Source of the DNA: a virus
Lineage: Duplodnaviria > Caudoviricetes
Direction: 5' to 3' (one strand)
IMG/VR virus record: IMGVR_UViG_3300021255_005861
Span: 1 to 64,000 of that record
DNA length: 64,000 bases
The first letter of the stretch is position 1, and every line of letters begins with the position of its first letter. Shown here in pieces: positions 10,039-19,917 of this stretch. The notes under the pieces are model-generated. The model was not told the DNA's origin, made no database searches, and saw nothing but the letters and a program-made list of their open reading frames with translations. Position numbers and translations under genes: made by a program.

Positions 10039-10655
10039 GAGTATGGAAAGTGGTAGAGAATGTTGAATATCGTGTCTCGTGGATGAGCTCCGACCTAAAC
10101 AAGTCGGTATTCCAGAAGTGCGTATCGAGAGAGAACGCATACGACTTCGCAAGGACTCTCAAGAAGGACAAGGACAACACAGCCATCCTGGTCACGAAGG
10201 TAACCAAGCTGGTGGAACTGGTACCCGAGACCAAGTGGGGCAAGGATGAGAGAGAGTAACTCCAATATCTCGTGCAGTTGCCTCCCGCTCCTGTTCGGGG
10301 CCGTGGCGGGATTCTGCATGTCCTGGTACTTCAACCATAGTATCGCATGGGGAATCTTCCATGCCATCTGCGGTTGGTTCTACTGCGCCTACAAGACAGT
10401 GTGGTACTTTATAACGAGCGTATGATTATGAAGACTGAAATCGAATACACAACAACTATGGAGTTCGCCTTCAAGGTGAGGGCGAGCAGCGAGAACGTGT
10501 CCGAGAAGGAACTCCGCAATCTGGTACGCGCCGAGATCTCCCGTGCCATCGCCAACGCCGTGATGGCTATCGACGTGAAGGCCGGGGTGGCGGACAAGGC
10601 TAAGGACGAGTTCTATACCTACTCATTCAAGGCGGAAGCCTACGGGATGTAGCCT

Positions 10656-11093
10656 ATGTTCTTCTCTCGGAGCATATACGGCAGGGGCCGGATACGGGAC
10701 TACGTGGGCGAGAGACTCCCGCTGATAGCGGAGTCGTGGTGCCTCGTGTACATAGCGGGGAGGCATGCGTCCCACCGCAAGAAATACACGAACTACCTGA
10801 ACGAGCTCTGCTACATCCTCAACCTCTGCACGGTGAGGATGGCGCTGTCCCCGCTCACGGAGAAGGCCGTGGCACGCCTCGTGTACTCGCTCTTCACGGA
10901 CTGCACCGAGATGAACGACGCCCGCGTGGTCGAGGCCGTGATTCGGTACAGATTGCACAAGGAGAGGATGAGCGACGAGTTCATCAAGGAGGCCGTCGAG
11001 GGATGGCTGGAGACGGGCGCGGGCGAGATGATGTCCGTGCTCTCGCAGGAAACTACCATAGAGGCCTATGCGGCCTCGAAGGACATAAGATGA
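10656..11093 (+). CDS. hypothetical protein, paralog of 16144-16590
   Basis: ERLPLIAESWCLVY vs DNLPVIVTNWCLIH. Confidence 0.65.
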   Translation: MFFSRSIYGRGRIRDYVGERLPLIAESWCLVYIAGRHASHRKKYTNYLNELCYILNLCTVRMALSPLTEKAVARLVYSLFTDCTEMNDARVVEAVIRYRLHKERMSDEFIKEAVEGWLETGAGEMMSVLSQETTIEAYAASKDIR

Positions 11094-11944
11094 TAATCAC
11101 GAAGAAGGAAGCGAAGCAGGTACGCTACGTGGCCAAGGCCAACGGCAAGGCGGAGTACACCGGGGACGGGAATACCAAGCACCGCATATTCTATGCTACC
11201 GGGGTGGAGTTCGACGAGACGGCGGTGGACAAGGACCGCATAGAGATAAGCAACATCGTGAAGCACGGCGTTCCCTTCGAGGGTACGCTTTCGGAGTTCT
11301 GGGACTGGATATCCAGCGAGGTCGATACGGGGCACGGGGACATCGTGGATGCCGTAAAGATGGCCGTGGAGCACCAGACAAATGTTACGGAGCCAGAGAA
11401 GGTAACCATTTTATTCCCCAACGAGTCGCACCCGGTAGAGGTGAACCCCGTACCGGTAGATGAGGATCCGCTTGACAACCTCGAGGAAACGTCCGTGGAC
11501 GACATCCTCTCCAGCCTCAACAAGGAGCCGTCTTCCGAAGGTACGGACTCGGACTTTTCCGTGGAAGTCGCTCCCCCCGTGGACGAGCCCGTGGAGGTCA
11601 CACCGAAGGTGGCCTCGTCCGAGCCCGCGAAGGATATGTCCGTGGAGGCCGAACTCGTGGGTGAGCCCCGCAACTTCATCCCGAAGGACGCCACCCTGCA
11701 GGACGCCGAGGTGGTGGAGCCCCCCAGGAGGGAACTCTCGCAGCCCGAACTCCACGCTCTGCGTACCGAACTTGCCGTCCGCAAGTTGGCACGCTCCTAC
11801 GGGGAATCCGATGGGGCTACGCTCCAGGACATCGTGCTGAAGCACCCCGACGCCATGGACCGCCTCAACGGCATCTTCAGCAACGACGGGATAACACCAT
11901 ACACCATGACGGAAGATAGCATCCGCAAGTCTTATGAGAAATAG
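11090..11944 (+). CDS. acidic low-complexity hypothetical protein
   Basis: ATGA overlap; P/E/V-rich linker. Confidence 0.7.
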   Translation: MIITKKEAKQVRYVAKANGKAEYTGDGNTKHRIFYATGVEFDETAVDKDRIEISNIVKHGVPFEGTLSEFWDWISSEVDTGHGDIVDAVKMAVEHQTNVTEPEKVTILFPNESHPVEVNPVPVDEDPLDNLEETSVDDILSSLNKEPSSEGTDSDFSVEVAPPVDEPVEVTPKVASSEPAKDMSVEAELVGEPRNFIPKDATLQDAEVVEPPRRELSQPELHALRTELAVRKLARSYGESDGATLQDIVLKHPDAMDRLNGIFSNDGITPYTMTEDSIRKSYEK

Positions 11945-11948
11945 AACT

Positions 11949-12239
11949 ATGCCCGAAGTGAATATTGATGAAGCAATCAAGGAAGTGGACAAGGACAAGT
12001 TCACGAAGAACTGGTTCATGTCCGTGCAGGAGCACGAGCAGGAAAAACTTGAGCAGGAGTCGAAGCTCAAGATGCAGATGGCCGACCTGCTCGGGAAGGT
12101 GCAGGCGAGGGACAAGGCTATGAGAATTCTCTCCCAGCGCCTGGACAAGATGCGCACCCGCCTCATTACGGCGTATATCGCTGCCTCCTTCGGCATCGGT
12201 GGCGCCGTGGCATCCATCCTCCTGCAGGTGCTCAAATGA
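11949..12239 (+). CDS. coiled-coil protein with C-terminal TM helix
   Basis: LITAYIAASFGIGGAVASILL. Confidence 0.6.
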   Translation: MPEVNIDEAIKEVDKDKFTKNWFMSVQEHEQEKLEQESKLKMQMADLLGKVQARDKAMRILSQRLDKMRTRLITAYIAASFGIGGAVASILLQVLK

Positions 12240-14023
12240 AGGTTCTCGAGCTGTTCGCGGGAGAGCGGTGCATCGGGCGTGCCTTCGAGAAGCGGGGGCA
12301 CGAGGTATATTCCATAGACTGGGACAAGCGCCACAAGGACATCGACTGGTACGTGGACATTAGCAAGGTAACCGCTCAAGATATACTGGAGCGGTTCGGA
12401 CACCCGGATGTGGTGTGGATGAGCCCTGACTGTTTCCCTGCCGGTACTCTCATATGGACGGACAAAGGGTACAAGAAGGTGGAGGATATCCAGTGCCTTG
12501 ACCGCGTCCTTACACACAAGAATCGTTACCGTTACGTGTACGCTACTCAGCGTACGAATAAGTACAATATTTACGAAATAAAGATATCGGGGTGCGAGAG
12601 CGTGCTCGTATCCAGCGAGCATCCGTACTACGTAAGGAAGAAATTATCTCATACTACAAGTATAAGAGGAAAAGGCATCCGTATTAGTGAGTTATCTAAA
12701 CCGGAATGGAAATTGGTAAAGGATTTGGACGATACATATAAGGTGGGAATACCCATAAACCAGGAAGCCCGTTTCCCCGAGTATCACGGAGCAATATATT
12801 CTAATAGGAATTGCCGAGGAATTACCAAGACGTGGGTCGTGAACACTATAGGTGCGTTTATCAAGGACCCGGACTTTTGGTGGCTTATTGGCAGATATAT
12901 CGGTGATGGTAATTTAAGTGAATCGAAATCAACAATAGACATATCCTGCAATAACGGCAAGGTAAACGAGATTCACCCGATAATAAGCAAGTTTGTCAAA
13001 CATTACGGATTCCGTACACAGGGGCCGGTATCGCACTTTACTATACACAGCAAGGAGTGGTGTGATTTCCTTGCCCGTTTCGGCGTAGGGGCGTTAAATA
13101 AGTCAATTACGCCCGAAATCCTCGATCTGCCCAAGACGCACCTAAAGAGTTTCCTGGCCGGATACTTGAGCGCAGACGGGCATTGGGACAACCGCTTGAA
13201 GAACCCTGTATGCTCCGTTACTACGGTTAGTCGTACCCTCGCATACAGCCTTCAGTTGGCGTTATTGAAGGCTTACGGAAGATACGGCACTCTTATTGTG
13301 AACGAGCATCCTAACGATGTCATCTGCGGACGAAACGTAAACGCACATACGTCGTACGTCGTAAGTTTCTACAAAAATGCGAGCAACCGACTCCAGTACA
13401 GGATAGAGGACGGGATGGCGTGGGTAAATATCCGCTCGGTGCGCCACCTCCCCTCTAAGCAGACTACCGTATACAACTTTTCTGTGGAAGAGGATGAGTC
13501 TTATACCGCTAATAATGTTGTGGTGCATAATTGCACTTCGTACTCCGTGGCGGCGATATCGCACCATAGGCATTTCAACAACGGATTCCTCGAACCGATT
13601 ACCGAGTACGCCAAGTTCTGCGACAATCTCAATATTCACTGCCACGAACTCATAAAGGAACTAGCACCTACATACTACTTCATCGAAAATCCGAGAGGGG
13701 CGATGCGCAAGATGCCCTTCATGCGGGGATACCCGAGATACACTATTAGTTATTGTGGATACGGAGACGAGCGTCAAAAACCAACAGATATATGGACTAA
13801 TCATCCCAACCCGCGATTTCTCCCGTGTTGCAAGCCGGGTGCTCCGTGCCATATCGCCGCCCCCCGAGGCAGCAAGACGGGCACGCAAGGCAGGAAGGGG
13901 GCCGTGGAGCGCTCCCTCATACCCGAGAAGCTGTGCGAGCACATCGTGGACATTTGCGAGAACCCCGGCGAGCCCGAGAAAACCCAGTATTCCCCCCTGT
14001 TCCGGATTTCCGACATGTTCTAG
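12236..14023 (+). CDS. DNA cytosine-5 methyltransferase interrupted by a LAGLIDADG intein
   Basis: motif I LELFAG, motif IV SPD|C, motif VI IENP, QKPTDIW. Confidence 0.9.
   Translation: MKVLELFAGERCIGRAFEKRGHEVYSIDWDKRHKDIDWYVDISKVTAQDILERFGHPDVVWMSPDCFPAGTLIWTDKGYKKVEDIQCLDRVLTHKNRYRYVYATQRTNKYNIYEIKISGCESVLVSSEHPYYVRKKLSHTTSIRGKGIRISELSKPEWKLVKDLDDTYKVGIPINQEARFPEYHGAIYSNRNCRGITKTWVVNTIGAFIKDPDFWWLIGRYIGDGNLSESKSTIDISCNNGKVNEIHPIISKFVKHYGFRTQGPVSHFTIHSKEWCDFLARFGVGALNKSITPEILDLPKTHLKSFLAGYLSADGHWDNRLKNPVCSVTTVSRTLAYSLQLALLKAYGRYGTLIVNEHPNDVICGRNVNAHTSYVVSFYKNASNRLQYRIEDGMAWVNIRSVRHLPSKQTTVYNFSVEEDESYTANNVVVHNCTSYSVAAISHHRHFNNGFLEPITEYAKFCDNLNIHCHELIKELAPTYYFIENPRGAMRKMPFMRGYPRYTISYCGYGDERQKPTDIWTNHPNPRFLPCCKPGAPCHIAAPRGSKTGTQGRKGAVERSLIPEKLCEHIVDICENPGEPEKTQYSPLFRISDMF
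12431..13531 (+). mobile_element. intein (367 aa) with LAGLIDADG homing endonuclease
   Basis: N-terminal CFPAGTLIWT, block B SSEHPYY, LIGRYIGDG and FLAGYLSADG, C-terminal VYNFSVEEDESYTANNVVVHN followed by C; lower GC than the exteins. Confidence 0.95.
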
Positions 14024-14033
14024 AGGAAACACT

Positions 14034-14723
14034 ATGGTAGACAACTTTGACATCATCCGCAAGATGCTCCGCTTCGACAACGAGGGCGAGTGCTACTACG
14101 TCCAATTACTCCGCCGTGCTGCGGACGACCCGAAGCCGGATGGAAAGCCCGATCCGGCGTACCACGGCAACATGCACAGCCGTAGCGTGAAGGACTACTT
14201 CATCCACTCGCTGGAGCACCTGGACAGGGTGGAGGGAGAAATCAAGGAACTTTGCAAGATGTTCAACGTGCGGGCGTACATCCGCCTCAACCGGCGCAGT
14301 TACAAGAAGATGGCCCTGCAGATGCTAAAGCACATCGCCGAGCAGGTATCCTCGGGAGAGTCCTATTCCAGCCCCCACCACATGATATCGTCCGCCGCGG
14401 GAATGGTACACGACGAGCCGAACAAGACGTGGCTCGTGGACCTGGACTCCGAGTACCTGCCGTATGAGCAGGACATCAAGAACATAATCTGCGAGTGCGA
14501 ACCCATAAAGACTTTGATTGCGGATGCCGCATGCACAAGGGAAACATTCCTAGATGAACATACTTGGACAATCCCGACCAAGAGCGGCAAGCACATCATC
14601 ACGCAGCCGTTCAACAAGAAGACGTTCTCGGACAAGTGGGAGGCCTACTGCAAGGACAACGGGATTGCACTTGCGTGCCTTCAAATCCATAAGGACAACC
14701 CCACAATTCTTTTCGTTCCGTAA
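14034..14723 (+). CDS. conserved phage hypothetical protein (possible AEP/primase-like fold)
   Basis: WLVDLD and PTKSGKHII motifs; GAGGA RBS. Confidence 0.6.
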   Translation: MVDNFDIIRKMLRFDNEGECYYVQLLRRAADDPKPDGKPDPAYHGNMHSRSVKDYFIHSLEHLDRVEGEIKELCKMFNVRAYIRLNRRSYKKMALQMLKHIAEQVSSGESYSSPHHMISSAAGMVHDEPNKTWLVDLDSEYLPYEQDIKNIICECEPIKTLIADAACTRETFLDEHTWTIPTKSGKHIITQPFNKKTFSDKWEAYCKDNGIALACLQIHKDNPTILFVP

Positions 14724-14745
14724 CATTTATACAAGGAGAATCATT

Positions 14746-15033
14746 ATGAAGATTACAGTACACGACACCTTACTGCCCGCCATCTACCGCAAGAAACCTG
14801 TGGAAATCCAGGCGATGGTGTAGACTGGCGACAACTACAGCGCCATCAAGAAGTGGGCGGGCGACAACGTGTCCCTCGACGGGGACGAGCTCGTCATCGT
14901 GACGCTCGAGGACGGCAGCAAGGGGCAGGCGAAGCACGTGGCTACCGTCGGCGACTACATCATCCAGGGCGTGAAGGGCGAGTTCTACTTCTGCAAGCCT
15001 GACATCTTCGCGGATACCTACGAAAAGGTGTGA
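14746..15033 (+). pseudogene. conserved small phage protein (YRKKPV...GDYII..GEFYFCKPDIF) with an in-frame TAG
   Basis: TAG at 14821-14823 in AMV*TGDN; the frame continues with the family motif to TGA 15033. Confidence 0.75.
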
Positions 15034-15130
15034 TGCCAAAGGCAATGATACATACGCTGGAGGAACTGAAGGACCTTCAGGCCCTTTCCCTTGACTTCAA
15101 GATAGCGAACCGCAGACACGAGGACAAGAA

Positions 15131-16084
15131 ATGAACTATAAAGGAAAAGAACTAAAAGAATACACGGGTAGCGACCCGATATTCTTCAACCCACCGAAGC
15201 ACATGGTCTGCTGGACTAATCCCGCAGATGACCCTATGGAATGTATCGTGTTTTCGTACGACCCGAGGATTACACTGTGCGTGTCCGCACGTACCCCGTG
15301 GAACGAGTGCAGGTCCTTCCGGCACTGCGCCGAGATCCCCGAGGAGTATTTTGCCCTCGTGGTGGTGGAGCACCGCGCCGTGTCCGGCATCAACCGTTAC
15401 GGGCTCGGCAAGTTCGTCACCCGCGAGGACGCCAAGTCCGTCATGGATAGGATGGTGGAACTGCTCGGGGGCGATGCGGAAAAGGGTTCCAAGGACATCT
15501 ACATCGTCCCGTTCAACGCCGTGAGGGGCTTCCCATACGGGGCGTATGATAACCGTATGGACATGGACAGGATTCCGGACTATCTCGTGGATGCATATGA
15601 TGGTGCGATGAAGAAGTTCCTCGGGGAAGAAGATACCGGTAGACCGAGAATCATGGATCTGCGAGAGAATGTAGGCATTGACCAGAAGGTGGAAACCTGT
15701 AATATTACATTTGAGGCGAGACAAGCCTTGGCACGTGAACTTCGGGCTAAAACTGGAATAAATTATATACACTGTAAACAAACACTTGAACATTGTGGTT
15801 GGATTTATAATGAAGCCTATTATAAGTTAATGGGGGAATATCCTACCGGGGAAGCCCCGCAAGAACCTACAGACGAATGTTCTTCTACAAAGAAAGAAAC
15901 TGTTCAGCATGTAATGGATATTGATGAAATGGTAGGCAAGAGCGACCGCATCACGGACCTTATGGCCCGTACAGGGTGGGGACCATACCATTGCAAGAAG
16001 GCTCTAGAGGCTTGTAGCTGGAACCTTGATGCCGCCGAGCGGATGCTCAAGGAGAAGTTCAAGGACTTTGCAACGAAAAAGTAA
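15131..16084 (+). CDS. multidomain protein with two EF-Ts N-terminal (UBA-like) domains
   Basis: RELRAKTGINYIHCKQTLE and DLMARTGWGPYHCKKALEACSWNLDAAERMLKEK. Confidence 0.7.
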   Translation: MNYKGKELKEYTGSDPIFFNPPKHMVCWTNPADDPMECIVFSYDPRITLCVSARTPWNECRSFRHCAEIPEEYFALVVVEHRAVSGINRYGLGKFVTREDAKSVMDRMVELLGGDAEKGSKDIYIVPFNAVRGFPYGAYDNRMDMDRIPDYLVDAYDGAMKKFLGEEDTGRPRIMDLRENVGIDQKVETCNITFEARQALARELRAKTGINYIHCKQTLEHCGWIYNEAYYKLMGEYPTGEAPQEPTDECSSTKKETVQHVMDIDEMVGKSDRITDLMARTGWGPYHCKKALEACSWNLDAAERMLKEKFKDFATKK

Positions 16085-16143
16085 TAAATAAGTAAGGTTT
16101 TTCTTATCTTAAATAAGTTATCTTTAGGGCAGAGGATACAGCC

Positions 16144-16590
16144 ATGCTACTTGAACGTATATATTGCAAGTACTACAACCGTCAAAAGGTGAAGGACGCC
16201 ATCGATGACAACCTGCCGGTTATCGTCACGAATTGGTGCCTTATCCATACGGGTAAACAACTGTCAGCGCCTAGAGAGAAACTGGAGGGTCTTGCGGACG
16301 AACTCCTAGATGCCCTTGTTCCCGGAATCTTTCGCCTATACGCCAACTACATCCCCAGGGGCTCCAGATTCAGCGTCATAGACGAGGTCATGTCAAAGGA
16401 CGCCCGAGTGAACTGCGCATGGACGGTGAACAAGATGGTTCATCGCAGGTTCCTAAAGGTCGGGAAGGAGCTGCAACAAAGCGCCGTAGATGATTGGGTT
16501 TTCAACGGATACCATCTAGTCCGTGCGGTATATCGCATGGAGTTGGAATTGGAAGAACTTAGGAATAGGCTTCTTGGAGACACGAAATGA
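16144..16590 (+). CDS. hypothetical protein, paralog of 10656-11093
   Basis: shared LP.I...WCL motif. Confidence 0.65.
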   Translation: MLLERIYCKYYNRQKVKDAIDDNLPVIVTNWCLIHTGKQLSAPREKLEGLADELLDALVPGIFRLYANYIPRGSRFSVIDEVMSKDARVNCAWTVNKMVHRRFLKVGKELQQSAVDDWVFNGYHLVRAVYRMELELEELRNRLLGDTK

Positions 16591-17147
16591 GATTTACGCT
16601 TAAAGGAATAGAAATCACCTGCACGCCCGCCGAGTTCAATGAGCTCCGTGGCCTCGGCACGATTACCGCCGAGCGCCCCTCCGTATCCACACAGTCTGTT
16701 GCGGACGCCTGCAAGGCCGCAGGAATCCCGCTAGAAAAAACTGAATGCAATATAGACTGGAGCAAGGTCGCTATGTGGCCTCCCCACAATAAAGGTCCTG
16801 CCACCAAGTTTCCTCCCGTTCCCAAGGATTCCAACGACAAGCCCGTAGACATCAAGAAGGAACTCAAGGACACGCTCCCCGAATCCCCCGACGGGGACGA
16901 CGCTATCGCCCTCGTCAAGGACTACAAGCCCATCAAGGACGGCTACGTGTTCGTGTACGCCGTGGCCGACCGCGACAAGTCCCGCGTCTGCGAGTACTAC
17001 CTAAAGAGCACCCTCGGCGACACATATACTACAGAGATAACGTATGCCCTTCAGTACAAGGATCCCGACATGGCGTTCGGCTTCGTAGCCTCCCACCCCG
17101 AGAAGAACCTGTGCGTAGTACGGGTGAAGGTACCGGTGTCCGAATGA
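16587..17147 (+). CDS. hypothetical protein; N-terminus related to 50950-51549
   Basis: GIEITCTPAEFNELRGLG vs GQLVTCTPEEYMELKRLG. Confidence 0.65.
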   Translation: MRFTLKGIEITCTPAEFNELRGLGTITAERPSVSTQSVADACKAAGIPLEKTECNIDWSKVAMWPPHNKGPATKFPPVPKDSNDKPVDIKKELKDTLPESPDGDDAIALVKDYKPIKDGYVFVYAVADRDKSRVCEYYLKSTLGDTYTTEITYALQYKDPDMAFGFVASHPEKNLCVVRVKVPVSE

Positions 17148-18283
17148 TAACCCGCATTGTCATACACAACTTCCAGTGCCACAAGGACCTCGACCTCGAC
17201 CTCGGTCGCTCCACCGTCCTATCCGGCAACTCCAACAGCGGCAAGACCGCCGTCCTACGCGCCCTCTACTGGGTGCTCTACAACACGCCCTCCGGCGACT
17301 CCTACGTGTCCTATTGGGCCAAGAACAAGACCAAGTTCAAGCCCGACGAGTTCACCTCCGTCGCCGTGCACGTGGACGGCCACGTAGTGGAACGCCGCCG
17401 CTCCAACGACTTCAACGGCTACATCGTGGACGGGACTACATACGAGGCGCTCCGCACCGCCGTGCCCGAGCAGGTCACGAAAATCTTCAACGTCGCCGAC
17501 GCCTCCGTCCAGCGGCAGATGGACCCCCCGTTCCTGCTCTCCTCCACTCCGGGGGAGGCCTCCCAGTACCTGAACGAACTCGCCGGCCTGACCTGCGTGG
17601 ACGACATCCTCGCCATTGCGAAGAAGAAGACTTCGGACACCTCCTCCCTGGTGGACTCCACCCGTGTCTCCGTGGAGAGCCTCGAGAAGGAGGTGTCCTC
17701 CCTCTCCTGGGTAGAATCTGCCGAGAAGCTCCTCGCCAAGGCCGAAGAACTGACCTCCGCTATAGAGCAGTCCGAGCGAACCCTCTCCGCCCTCCGCAAG
17801 TCCATATCCGACTACAGGGGAATCCGGTCCTACCCCGAGATACCTGCGTGGCTGGACACCCCCGATGCCACCCCGAGAATACGCGCCCTGGAGGCCGACC
17901 TCGCGTCCGCCAGGACGTACGTGGGGGCATTACGAGCCATCGCCCGAATAGACACCGCCCTCGACGGGATTAGCGCCCTGGAGAAGCCGGTAGCGCCAAA
18001 GCACGGTCCCGAGGACGTGGAGGCCCTGAAGCGCTCCATATCCGACTACGCCCGCTACACGGGCAGGATAGACGGGTACGAGGCCGCACTGTCCCGCATG
18101 CCGAGAGAGCCACGGAAGGTGCCCAAGGACGTACTCACGGCCCTATCGTCATCCGTGGACGGGTACCGTCGCGCCGTGTCCGCCATCGCAAAGGCCGAGG
18201 ACGGGCTGGAGGAGGCGTACAAGAGCATAGACGGGATGGTGTGCCCCGTGTGCGGCAGGCCGCTTACCAAGGAGTGCCTATGA
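17144..18283 (+). CDS. SbcC/Rad50/gp46-like ATPase, N-terminal half ending at the zinc hook
   Basis: IHNFQCH, Walker A GNSNSGKT, Q-loop QRQMD, coiled coil, terminal CPVCG. Confidence 0.9.
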   Translation: MITRIVIHNFQCHKDLDLDLGRSTVLSGNSNSGKTAVLRALYWVLYNTPSGDSYVSYWAKNKTKFKPDEFTSVAVHVDGHVVERRRSNDFNGYIVDGTTYEALRTAVPEQVTKIFNVADASVQRQMDPPFLLSSTPGEASQYLNELAGLTCVDDILAIAKKKTSDTSSLVDSTRVSVESLEKEVSSLSWVESAEKLLAKAEELTSAIEQSERTLSALRKSISDYRGIRSYPEIPAWLDTPDATPRIRALEADLASARTYVGALRAIARIDTALDGISALEKPVAPKHGPEDVEALKRSISDYARYTGRIDGYEAALSRMPREPRKVPKDVLTALSSSVDGYRRAVSAIAKAEDGLEEAYKSIDGMVCPVCGRPLTKECL

Positions 18284-18525
18284 GGAACGTCGCCTTCATC
18301 GCCTTCTACACGCTCGTAGCCTGCACGCCGCTAGCCGTGACTGGCCTACTGGCCCTTGCGGCCATATCCGTGCTCAAGGGCTAGAAACTTACACGGTGTA
18401 AGTTCCGAAAAACCTATATCCTCCCCTTGCTATATCGGTATCGGAGATGTATATTTTGGAAGCCCCTCCGGCTTGACGCGTCGTCGGGGTATTCACCCCA
18501 CAAGTCGGAGGAGGCTTCCTTTCAA

Positions 18526-19455
18526 ATGCCATTAGTACGATACAGCGTTTCAGATGAAATGTGGAACAATGAAGTCAACACGTTCACTGACATAACTAAC
18601 AGGATACTCAAAGTACATGGACAATATAAGGGTACCGCCCTGTTCAGCGATGACGGTTTGCCCCAGATCCCTATAACCAACAAGCAGTGGTGCCAGTGGA
18701 TACACTACGAACACGACGAGCAGACCTTTTGGTTCAGGCCCCGCACGAAAATAACACCGCTGGGATACCTCGCGAAATACACATTCGGCCCGCCAACGTC
18801 GGTTACCGTGGCCAAAGCTATCTGCTGGAACGCCGCCGTATATATCCATACGTTCAAGAAGCCTATAGGAACTGATTCCGTTCGGAAGGCAATGAAGCAG
18901 GCACTGCTGGATTCGAGTTGCCCCGACAAGCTGTTCGACGTCATAGCGGAATGCGCTAACCGCCTCTGCCATGTCTTGCTGGACGCCGTAAGCAGCGAAA
19001 CCGGGGAAATAAACCGCGGAGCCCTATATCTCCTACAAAACGACCTGCAAGAGCGTCTTAAACGTCGCAACTGCGTGAATAAGAGCCTGCGGCGTAATAT
19101 ATGCGAGCGGCTCGTGGTAGAGGGGATTGCGGCAAAGAAAACACGTACAGAGCAGCAGAACATGATCCGCCGTGCGGTCATAGCCGAACCTAGGCTAAAG
19201 AAGCAGGCCGTCCGGGCAATAGAGAGGATGCTTTCCTCCGACCCGAAACTCCTCAAGCTGAACGGTGGCGTATCCTTGCTCCTTCCATACACAAAAAGGG
19301 AGATATCCGATATAAGGAAGTGCTACAGCGCCAAGGCTGAAAAGTTCAAGATTTACGACCGGGTGGAGCTTATTAAGGACAAGTTGAGGCGTCGTGTATC
19401 TCTTACTAGCGCAGAGCGTGTATTTAAGTGCAGGCATAAGAAACTATTTCTTTGA
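18526..19455 (+). CDS. basic hypothetical protein, candidate replication initiator/origin-binding
   Basis: K/R-rich, lower GC, followed by ~1 kb non-coding repeat-rich DNA; the function is inferred. Confidence 0.55.
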   Translation: MPLVRYSVSDEMWNNEVNTFTDITNRILKVHGQYKGTALFSDDGLPQIPITNKQWCQWIHYEHDEQTFWFRPRTKITPLGYLAKYTFGPPTSVTVAKAICWNAAVYIHTFKKPIGTDSVRKAMKQALLDSSCPDKLFDVIAECANRLCHVLLDAVSSETGEINRGALYLLQNDLQERLKRRNCVNKSLRRNICERLVVEGIAAKKTRTEQQNMIRRAVIAEPRLKKQAVRAIERMLSSDPKLLKLNGGVSLLLPYTKREISDIRKCYSAKAEKFKIYDRVELIKDKLRRRVSLTSAERVFKCRHKKLFL

Positions 19456-19497
19456 TACACAACGAATTACGTAAGCAATTATTGCATACAAATGATA

Positions 19498-19562
19498 AAA
19501 ACGTTACACATGAGGCGTCACGCGGTAAATTAAAGTTACTGACGCTTGATGTGTAACGTTTT
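19498..19562. repeat. long inverted repeat
   Basis: AAAACGTTACACAT (19498-19511) / ATGTGTAACGTTTT (19549-19562) plus inner GCGTCA/TGACGC. Confidence 0.9.
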
Positions 19563-19710
19563 GATACTCGTTCCCCCTACCATATTCCCATATTCCGTAT
19601 GCGACGCTCCGCATCGCCATACGAGCATTTCCCTCTTTCGGGTAGTGCCTACGGCACATACCCATGTTCAATACCTCATTCGGAATATTCCGCGTATCGC
19701 GTATATGCGC

Positions 19711-19806
19711 GCCGTGCGAGCGAAGCGAGCATGGCCAACCATACGCCATCATCAATATCGGACATAACGTGTACCAGCCGTGCGAGCGAAGCGAGCATGG
19801 CCAACA
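19711..19806 (+). repeat. direct repeat GCCGTGCGAGCGAAGCGAGCATGGCCAAC x2
   Basis: copies at 19711 and 19777. Confidence 0.9.
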
Positions 19807-19917
19807 TTGGATACGTGGATAGGTATGGCTTCCGTAGCGCATACGCGCAGGGGGCGGGACTCCCCTCAAAGCGATGAATCCTGGTAGCGTTACCCGCCAT
19901 TTGTAAGCCAATATTTA

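Noticed and set aside
14821-14823. Genome-wide TAG recoding
   Set aside because: Many genes end at TAG at sensible boundaries (807, 6726, 10038, 14023), long genes are uninterrupted, and only one internal TAG was found
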